Source: Oopsacas minuta (lineage: Eukaryota > Animalia > Porifera). From it: a stretch of DNA of 64,000 nucleotides. Shown here piece after piece: positions 60,201-64,000 of the stretch; position 1 is the stretch's first letter; every line of letters begins with the position of its first letter. Made by a program: the position numbers and the translations under genes. The stretch spans positions 620,001 through 684,000 of the forward strand of contig JAKMXF010000222.1 in the NCBI GenBank assembly GCA_024704765.1, written 5' to 3'. The notes beneath the pieces were generated by a model. That model was not told where the DNA came from. It did no database searches and saw only the letters and a list, made by a program, of their open reading frames with translations.

Positions 60201-61276
60201 AAAAAATCCATTTTTAGCAAAGAAAACTGTATATACCTAATTGTGTTATAGAGTTGAGAGTGTCAGAATCAATCTCAACGCCTCCAATTTACCATAATTA
60301 GCAGGTGGAAGCTAATCTCTAGGACATTTTGAAGATTTATAAAAAGGAGTGAATTTATGATTTATCATATGCTTAAAAAGTGTATAACTGTAGATACACT
60401 AAAAAGGTTTATTGACCAATAGAATTACAGTCTACAATCAAAACAAATACATTACAGTGCTAAAACAATTACATAAACTCTACCAGAATTAACTTTATGC
60501 ATTTATGTCTAATTGGCAAAAACTTATAATCTGATTATGCTAAAATGAAAACTTGTAATAAGGTGTGAAAATATACACATAAGAAAAAGTTCAAATGTCA
60601 GGTGCACATCTTGAGGTTACTAAGAGTACACATGCCACTGTTGGTGCCTACATATCTAAAGATGTGAACAGGAGAGCGATTTAGACTGAGCCAATAGTTG
60701 GTCATCATACTTACAAGTAGAATTCAATTCAATGTCGCTTTCAATTTCAATTTAAGATAAGTTGGTGAGTTAATTAATACTAGCAGGCTTCGCTTCCAAG
60801 GACAACTTTATGCCTCGGAATTTGCTTAAATATGAAAATGCATAATTAAAATATGCATTCGATAACTACGGGAAGTTGGATATTTACTACAAATTGGCAA
60901 TCCTCATTTGACAATAGTCCTAACTAATATCGAGGACTAATTGGATATTCAGAAAATGTGTCCTCCCTGGTCTTTACTGTAACTCAAGAAGGAGCCAACT
61001 TTTGTGTTTATAAATTTTTTGATATTTTGTATAAACTTTCAGGCAATTAACTTTGAAATCAAACATGCGATATTTAACGTTCTATAAGGCATCAAACAAT
61101 AGTTTAACAGATAAATGCTTACCATACACATATTTTTACACATTCCTGAAATTTTTTACCATATAATGGTTGATAATTTGTTGGTCTACAATTATGCATA
61201 CATTTATTCATGCCAAAATGCAGCGTTTCTGCAATATACAAATCAAATGGAATCTGTTCGATCGTGTCAGGTATCT
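183..61276 (-). CDS. Large multi-exon RhoGAP gene with an N-terminal acidic, Pro/Tyr-motif-rich region (3' end outside window, 5' end unresolved)
   Basis: Hand-spliced in-phase GT-AG exon chain: 60115-59914, 57778-57513, 55620-55530, 52735-52302, 49103-48936, 47141-47007, 43419-43366, 40289-40102, 32811-32622, 32224-32174, 12473-12257, 9500-9291, 285-183. Each donor phase matches the next acceptor phase with no stops. Weaker candidates: 61276-61160, 60530-60484, 40497-?, 37627-37610. Confidence 0.8.
435..761. mobile_element. pogo/Tigger-like MITE
   Basis: TA-flanked TIR CACTCGA...TTATCCGG at both ends. Confidence 0.7.
906..1008. repeat. 8-bp tandem repeat (TAATACTA) x ~13
   Basis: Perfect array read directly. 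Confidence 0.97.
2846..4691. repeat. Spacerless ~1.4-kb palindrome (foldback element) interrupted by a hAT MITE
   Basis: Arms 2846-3549 and 3550-4182 plus 4658-4691 are diverged reverse complements around the centre ccatatatgg (3545-3554). Confidence 0.85.
4183..4649. mobile_element. hAT-type MITE
   Basis: TIR CAGTGGTGTCAAACCT / AGGTTTGACACCCCTG with an exact 8-bp TSD, GTATAGAG. Confidence 0.9.
4870..5127 (+). repeat. pogo-like repeat family ending GTTCGAGTTACCGGATATTGACTG-TA
   Basis: Colinear copy at ~46385-46622. Related ends at ~2555-2690, ~45765-45900 and ~57030-57144. Confidence 0.7.
9291..9500 (-). CDS. RhoGAP core exon (MESEGIYRIPAN...LAGTLKCFFQKLPDPL)
   Basis: GIYR arginine-finger motif and LKxFFxxLPDPL motif. 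Acceptor cattttag, donor gtaaat, 210 nt, phase 1 to 1. Confidence 0.92.
11543..11808. mobile_element. Tc1-type MITE, copy A
   Basis: TA-flanked TIR CACTCCCTGGTCAAAAGTATCGGAACAC. Nearly identical to copy B apart from an extra 16-nt tandem unit. Confidence 0.9.
12257..12473 (-). CDS. Exon with the start of the RhoGAP domain (AEKVKQKLVRRSTKENLRK...YFCKPLEMVIPPQRNIPDFLEQCVNAIEG)
   Basis: FxxPL...IPxFLExCVxxIE pattern. Acceptor tttatag, donor gtaag, 217 nt, phase 0 to 1. G+GA joins the next exon as Gly. Confidence 0.88.
13429..13436 (+). promoter_or_regulatory. Putative TATA box of bZIP copy 1
   Basis: TATAAATA starting 56 nt upstream of the ATG; similar spacing in all three copies. Confidence 0.5.
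13485..13754 (+). CDS. Small Maf-like bZIP protein, copy 1 (89 aa, intronless, atypical basic region)
   Basis: Intact ATG-to-stop ORF. Basic region LTKGEKEQVKKLRKRYKAKMYQREKRR followed by five Leu heptads. Aligns without gaps to the small-Maf bZIP. Confidence 0.88.
   Translation: MASRYDLIDSDYLSLAEQYQNLTKGEKEQVKKLRKRYKAKMYQREKRRDYMTQVSSLEKERDQLQRELSMLRMEVTELWQEEIKLLQRL
14744..15690. repeat. Long-TIR foldback element
   Basis: Arms 14744-15072 and 15374-15690 are reverse complements. The 300-bp spacer holds a hAT-MITE end (aggttgagaaccgctg). Confidence 0.85.
17446..17629. mobile_element. hAT-type MITE
   Basis: TIR CAGGGTTTCATCCAG. 8-bp TSD gtcacctc / gtcacttc. Confidence 0.85.
18237..18283. 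repeat. (AC)n microsatellite
   Basis: About 23 units read directly. Confidence 0.97.
20131..20380. mobile_element. Tc1-type MITE, copy B
   Basis: Same TIRs and interior as 11543-11808, in the same orientation. Confidence 0.9.
21174..22505 (+). mobile_element. Full-length but inactive mariner element (1332 bp)
   Basis: TA-flanked ~28-bp TIRs (CAACGGGGGTCCCAAAAGTTCCCGACCC / GGGTAGGGAACTTTTTGAACGCCCGTTG). Transposase motifs VKEWAKRF, GRPRS, WIPHSL, IITGDETW, HGNARSH, YSLDLAPCEFWLF, with stops and frameshifts. Confidence 0.93.
23805..23811 (+). promoter_or_regulatory. Putative TATA box of bZIP copy 2
   Basis: TATAAAT starting 46 nt upstream of the ATG. Confidence 0.5.
23851..24129 (+). CDS. 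Small Maf-like bZIP protein, copy 2 (92 aa, intronless)
   Basis: LTYEELV resembles the Maf extended homology region LSDEELV. Basic region RRNLRAKRYQRERR. Zipper d positions L-L-I-L-L. Confidence 0.9.
   Translation: MDCSYLTYEELVECQDIDLDRLPYLNRKEKKYIRKERRNLRAKRYQRERRQDYLQDINNLELEKARLELELAFIVKERDELWNKELKLLKSL
26183..27650 (+). pseudogene. Degraded P-element/THAP9-like transposase
   Basis: Motifs YKQLR...LPxxSSLKR, LNMDQIHMKSNIKYKG (first catalytic D region) and FDFVHILMTIRNNWLN (DxxH..RNN). Multiple stops and frameshifts. End coordinate approximate. Confidence 0.7.
28350..28523. mobile_element. pogo/Tigger-like MITE
   Basis: CAGTGGAACCCGGTTAATAC / GTATTAACGAGGTTCCATTG, TA-flanked. Confidence 0.72.
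29445..30053. mobile_element. hAT-like MITE inserted in the Ginger-like element
   Basis: TIR CAGTGACGGCGCTAG / CTAGCGCCTCCACTG. Splits the taagagtagca tandem array. TSD imperfect. Confidence 0.65.
30057..30480. repeat. Compound minisatellite (22- and 28-bp units sharing CATTATGCATATTGT)
   Basis: Read directly. It is the subterminal array of the Ginger-like element. Confidence 0.9.
30739..31023 (-). CDS. Small Maf-like bZIP protein, copy 3 (94 aa, intronless)
   Basis: Basic region LRKNFQAKVYQREKR. Zipper d positions L-L-I-L-Y. About 40 of the last 69 residues are identical to copy 2 (hand count, gapless). Confidence 0.9.
   Translation of the reverse strand: MSAKEIGIYFKDIIENESIDINDINYLNRYEKRRMKKLRKNFQAKVYQREKRQDYLQEVYELQAEKAMLEKELEIITRERDQLWNLELGYLRAL
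31064..31071 (-). promoter_or_regulatory. Putative TATA box of bZIP copy 3
   Basis: TATAAATA on the minus strand starting 48 nt upstream of the ATG. Confidence 0.5.
31576..31743. mobile_element. pogo/Tigger-like MITE (related fragment at 31468-31575)
   Basis: CAGTAGACGCTCGTTAATACG / CGTATTAACGAGACTCTACTG, TA-flanked. Confidence 0.78.
32174..32224 (-). CDS. 51-nt exon (EPMKRTLSKREKKDMEK)
   Basis: Acceptor ttttttatag, donor gtatta, phase 0 to 0. Reads naturally into AEKVKQKL of the 12473 exon. Confidence 0.7.
32622..32811 (-). CDS. Ser/Thr-rich exon with DYQT and VDYSTI motifs
   Basis: Acceptor ctttcttttcacccag, donor gtaatc, 190 nt, phase 2 to 0. The coding frame differs from the listed 32633..32986 ORF. 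Confidence 0.75.
33900..34080 (-). pseudogene. Mariner transposase fragment
   Basis: DILTYDETWIYHYDPETK at 33991-33939, matching the IVTGDETWIYHYDPETK motif. Confidence 0.75.
34917..35101. repeat. 31-bp minisatellite x ~6
   Basis: Unit AGAATAGATATTTTAGAGTTCTGCACTTGTC. Confidence 0.93.
35591..36079. mobile_element. GGGG-terminal TIR element with 8-bp TSD (Merlin- or MULE-like), non-autonomous
   Basis: GGGGTGCATGCATTTGCTAGAATT / AATTCTAACAAATGCTGCGCCCC with an exact TSD, ATCCACTT. Confidence 0.8.
35905..36070. repeat. ~29-bp subterminal array (ATTCTAACAAATGCAAAC core)
   Basis: Read directly; inside the GGGG element. Confidence 0.8.
38885..39515. mobile_element. pogo/Tigger-like MITE
   Basis: TAGTGGAAGACGCTTAATCGGG / CCCGATTAAGCGGCTTCCACTG, TA-flanked. 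Confidence 0.78.
40102..40289 (-). CDS. Pro-rich exon (LYASPK...EDIYAGVEPP...IPPPPPRT)
   Basis: Acceptor attttcctacag, donor gtatgt, 188 nt, phase 0 to 2. Confidence 0.78.
40351..40497 (-). CDS. Candidate Pro-rich exon (VPSLSNFHH...FYEIPSFPPF), donor unresolved
   Basis: Phase-0 acceptor ttccacag and a YEIP motif in a Pro-rich frame. I could not find an in-phase GT donor, so the lower boundary given is the in-frame stop. Confidence 0.35.
   Translation of the reverse strand, partial: VPSLSNFHHSNISHNFPPFSNFYEIPSFPPFSIVHSAPSTNQIFLLLC
40920..41092. repeat. Palindromic MITE family, copy 1
   Basis: ATAAAATTACAACCTGTGCCGACAG...CTGTCGGCACAAGTTGTATTTTAT. Other copies at 41854-42048 and a half copy at ~62575-62670. 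Confidence 0.78.
41198..41583 (+). repeat. Dispersed repeat
   Basis: Direct copy at 62681-62887 plus 63732-63912. Confidence 0.85.
41854..42048. repeat. Palindromic MITE family, copy 2
   Basis: Same termini and internal gtgccactt symmetry as 40920-41092. Confidence 0.78.
43366..43419 (-). CDS. 54-nt exon (KQPLLEEPIIHHNFDGPL)
   Basis: Acceptor attctttag, donor gtaagc, phase 0 to 0. Confidence 0.55.
43870..44900 (+). pseudogene. Degraded hAT (Charlie/ZBED5-FAM200-like) transposase
   Basis: Motifs HCMIYREAL, IVNYIKSSAL, LLYHTEVRWLSKG and YLPDIFEKLNILKLSLQG, with frameshifts. Boundaries approximate. Confidence 0.85.
45918..46323. mobile_element. hAT-type MITE nested in another repeat
   Basis: TIR CAGTGTTCC with an exact 8-bp TSD, CTTCTGGC. 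Confidence 0.88.
47007..47141 (-). CDS. 135-nt exon (DMEKMKAELDKHLSEFSDIRDLDV...)
   Basis: Acceptor ttcataaag, donor gtgagt, 45 open codons, phase 0 to 0. Confidence 0.72.
48936..49103 (-). CDS. 168-nt exon (PTSEYDILNDAQEV...)
   Basis: Acceptor atctttttctag, donor gttagt, 56 open codons, phase 0 to 0. Confidence 0.75.
52302..52735 (-). CDS. 434-nt acidic/Pro exon with YTEI, YDER, YEDP, YDTT and YSKI motifs
   Basis: Acceptor attccttcag, donor gttagc, phase 1 to 0, 144 open codons. Extends the listed 52200..52571 ORF upstream. Confidence 0.82.
53930..54150 (+). pseudogene. Tc1/mariner transposase N-terminal fragment
   Basis: LIYRTVKRYKDTGS...RSGRPT, then by frameshift VIRSRIQQNP. Confidence 0.7.
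54360..54580 (+). mobile_element. 3' fragment of a non-LTR retrotransposon (CR1/L2-like reverse transcriptase C-terminus)
   Basis: KIAVVVYKSLNGPLPQHTRDKFKY...NSTQGKLYIQK...RQNTLSYQG resembles the RT tail pattern YK.lN..LP...F....HnTR...LYi...R...SYqG. Confidence 0.5.
55530..55620 (-). CDS. 91-nt exon (PTISTMGKQISSTYSMLSVDEQDIETDVGG)
   Basis: Acceptor atttttag, donor gtaagg, phase 0 to 1. Bridges the 57.5-kb and 52.7-kb exons. Confidence 0.75.
55705..55772. mobile_element. 68-bp pogo-like mini-MITE
   Basis: CAGTAGGTTTCGGATATGAGAA / TTCTTATATCCGAAACCTACTG. Confidence 0.7.
55767..55970. repeat. 17-bp minisatellite (CTACTGTATACTAATAA) x 12
   Basis: 204 bp, near-perfect array. Confidence 0.96.
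57513..57778 (-). CDS. 266-nt exon with duplicated YDTL(D/E)SVP motifs
   Basis: Acceptor tttctatcag (tandem CAGCAG), donor gtatgt, phase 1 to 0. Confidence 0.8.
58168..58744 (+). mobile_element. Internally deleted Tc1/mariner (DD37D/maT-like) element
   Basis: TA-flanked TIRs (CCGGGTGGGCCAAAACAAAACGGGCC / GGGCCCGTTTTTTGTGGCCCACCCTC). N-terminal HTH remnant PWKSRIHGWVKRFQTERTIKN...SGR. Confidence 0.78.
58746..59590 (+). repeat. Dispersed repeat family with a Helitron-like 3' end
   Basis: Colinear diverged copy at ~50055-50660. Both end in GC-rich gcgaagc(g/a)cgCTAGT. Confidence 0.5.
59914..60115 (-). CDS. 202-nt exon (HNARTIVNLTKNLYKTL...VESGEEDY)
   Basis: Acceptor tctatttatag, donor gtaagt, phase 0 to 1. 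Confidence 0.72.
61160..61276 (-). CDS. Candidate upstream exon (IPDTIEQIPFDLYIAETLHFGMNKCMHNCRPTNYQPLY)
   Basis: Acceptor aattttcag, donor gtaaaa, 117 nt, phase 1 to 1. Can join through a weak candidate exon at 60530-60484. Confidence 0.4.
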
Positions 61277-62887
61277 CTGAAAATTTCAGGTTTACAATCA
61301 GGCCTGATATATAGTAGGCTATGCTATTGTCTAATCTTGATATTGATTGTATTTGATTAGCACCAGTAATGTAGAACTAAAAAGTAACAAGGTGGGCTCC
61401 ACTAGGTGAAGACTTCTAATCATATTCATACCCAAAGTGGTCATTAAGTATCCTTCGTAAATGAAATAAAGACATAGTACATACTCTCCCTCAGTTGTTC
61501 TCAAACTGTATGTCGCAGAACACTTGTGTGCCTTAGAACGTTGTTAAGTGTGCCGTCAAAATCTCATTGGAATAAGACAAAATTGTTAAACATGCTTTCA
61601 AGTGCGTATTTTTTGGCTCTCTGGACATGAAAGTGCTAAAAGTAAAGAACTAACTATTTCATTAATTAAGTAACACCAAAATTTACATCATTTGATGTAA
61701 ATCTATGGAATCTTGACAGAGCGTTTTAAATCAAGTTAAATTCACCCAAGTGTGACCTGAAAAATAAATAAATATGTGTGCCGCAATAAAAGTTGAGAAA
61801 CACCGCTCTACCTTATCTAAGTTGTGAAATATTGTCTATAATTAATTAAGCCAAAATTTTGAAAAGTCCGAATATTATTTAGTATTAACATAAAGCGAAT
61901 GATACTAATTAAAAATTAACATAACATCGAGATCAGAATTATCTAGTTGAGATAACTCCATTAATATTATAAAAATAACTCAACAGAATTTCTGACAAAG
62001 TGAGACTGTGGACGGCCGAAAGTGTTATATTATGTAAATGTCTGGAACATTTGAGTATCCCATTAAATATCCTTTATTGAAGTAAAAACATTGAATATTT
62101 CAACGGCGAGGATGAGAAACAAGTATAATTGAAATCGAGAAAGTTGTCCATTCCATAGCAATATTATAAAGAAAAATCACCCGATAGACAATAAACCCAT
62201 TATACCAAATACTGCTAAATAAAATTATTTTTCGATAGCTAACATATATACGCCAATTGAGGAAAATTATAAGGGCTGTATATTATTTGCTAAAATTAAG
62301 GCATGTACTAATCCTGCATTCTGTAAATCACTAATATATATAATAGGATAAATAAGTAGAACAGATTTTCAATTGTTTAGACAGTCAGTTAAACAAAAAC
62401 CCAGAATTCAGAAGAATACAAATACGGATTATTGTAAATGGGATCTACGAATAAACAATTTATACACTAACTTGACAACTAGAAAACCCGATTGGACAAA
62501 ATGGCCCGATTTCAACTGTATATAACTTAAAATAACATGGCCTAAATAATTACTTTAAAATAAGAGAAATATATAATTATAAACTGTGCCGACAGCTTAG
62601 TCCATCAATTAAATTTGTTTAAAAGTGGCGCTATTAATTGGAGGCACTACGCGTATTGGGATTAAGCCTAACCATTTTTAGAGAAGGGTTTACTGGAGAA
62701 AGTTCGATAGGTACAAATTCAAGAGTGTGAAAATTGGAATCAGCGTATTGAAATACACACTATTGCTGTTTAGAACAATCTTCTACGATTATTCAAAGGT
62801 AATATAATCAGGGAAATACATATCTTTTAGATGATCCATTGTGAATTTGAAATATATTTATTCATAAATATTATAAAATAATTAAAG

Positions 62888-63723
62888 GGGGACGCTGTAT
62901 TACGTCGAATTTTGATGTTGTCGATAGATTGAATTTACTGATTGAATAATAAATTTATAATTTTGAAAAACATAATAATTAATGAAGAGGATGAAATAGA
63001 ATGAAAAACATATTGAATGAAACTAAGACGTGTTAGCACTTTTTATTTTGTTAATTAGAAACGGGTACCATTGGGAGGGGATTAGGGACTTAGTTGACTA
63101 CCTTCTGGATCTGGGAGTTGTTATTCGTATTATCTATCGTCGTGTTTTTGTCCGAGGGTTTGTTTTTACGCACTTGCGTATCCTGGGAATTTATGTGTGT
63201 CAACGTATGGTATATGTTTTGTTTGTTTTTGTTCGTTTTTTTGTATTCGATTTGTTGTCTTGTGTGTTTGTTAGTTGTTCTGTTTGTTTCATTTGGTATT
63301 TGTTTTTCTGCTTGTTCTACGTGTTTTATTTATTTGGTTGTTTCTTGTGTTCCTTTTTGTTTGTTTGTTGTTTGTTTTCTGTCAGTGTTGTTTCAGTTCT
63401 ACAGGTTTTCTGGTTTTTGTCTTTGGTATAAGTTATGTACTTTTGTATTGTCATGTATTATGTAGTTCTGGTTCATTTTCTGTAGTCTATTTCGCCATTC
63501 GCTTTCCTTTCGATCTTGGCTTTTAAGGGGTGTGCAAAAACACCTACCAAAGTAGCGCATTTATAGCCTCTAAGATCGCAACAGATCCCTCTGAAGGGTT
63601 GGATCACCTGCTGCGGAAATTTCCTCCCTTCACTCATTCTACTGGGACATAATGTCAAAGAGGTAACAACTAATAAATTCGATCTATCGACAACATCAAA
63701 ATTCGACCTAATGCATGCGCCCC
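62888..63723. mobile_element. GGGG-terminal TIR element with 8-bp TSD carrying low-complexity cargo
   Basis: ~50-bp TIRs GGGG..GTCGAATTTTGATGTTGTCGATAGAT(T/C)GAATTTA. TSD aattaaag / aatttaag. Interrupts a repeat that is uninterrupted at 41198-41583. Confidence 0.85.
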
Positions 63724-64000
63724 AATTTAAGCAATTGTTATACTAGATATTCAATTAATCCATATATACAGCATTAGAAGAACTTATTGTTTAACTAATA
63801 AATATTTAACACCCAAGAACAATAGAATTATTACTGATGATATGCTATATGAAACACATTATATTAATTGTTAAGGCCAATTTTAGATGCACATTATGGT
63901 TGGATAGTGGCAGTGGCAGCCATAGGATATCGGGGGCTCTTGTGCAATGTTTTTTTGAGGCCTCCTTCTCAATTATAAATAAAAAGATGCAAAATTATGA

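Noticed and set aside
63030-63526. Plus-strand hydrophobic ORFs resembling membrane proteins
   Set aside because: Three overlapping frames are open only because G/T-rich low-complexity DNA lacks stop codons. The region lies inside a TIR element.
1-64000. tRNA, rRNA or other structured ncRNA genes
   Set aside because: None recognised by eye. A tRNAscan/Infernal run would be needed to exclude them.

Overview
AT-rich, intron-containing eukaryotic (animal-like) DNA. I found no prokaryotic operons, rRNA/tRNA genes or CRISPR arrays. Hand splicing gives one large minus-strand gene across almost the whole window. It has at least 13 in-phase GT-AG exons from ~60.1 kb down to 183 bp, with weaker candidates up to 61.3 kb, and its 3' end lies beyond the window start. 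It encodes a long acidic, Pro- and Tyr-motif-rich region followed by a RhoGAP domain with an intact arginine finger. Its introns are full of decayed DNA transposons (mariner, DD37D-like, hAT, P-like, Ginger/KRBA2-like), MITEs, long palindromes and minisatellites. The main observation is three intact, intronless, TATA-associated ~90-aa bZIP genes (13485+, 23851+, 31023-), all inside one predicted 19.7-kb intron. They align without gaps to small Maf proteins, but all three replace the invariant DNA-contacting Asn with Ala and change N-x-x-Y-A-x-x-C-R to A-K-x-Y-Q-R-E-[KR]-R. This looks like a diverged Maf-derived family, either a dimerisation decoy or a factor with new DNA specificity. All family assignments come from motif recognition by eye; no searches were run.
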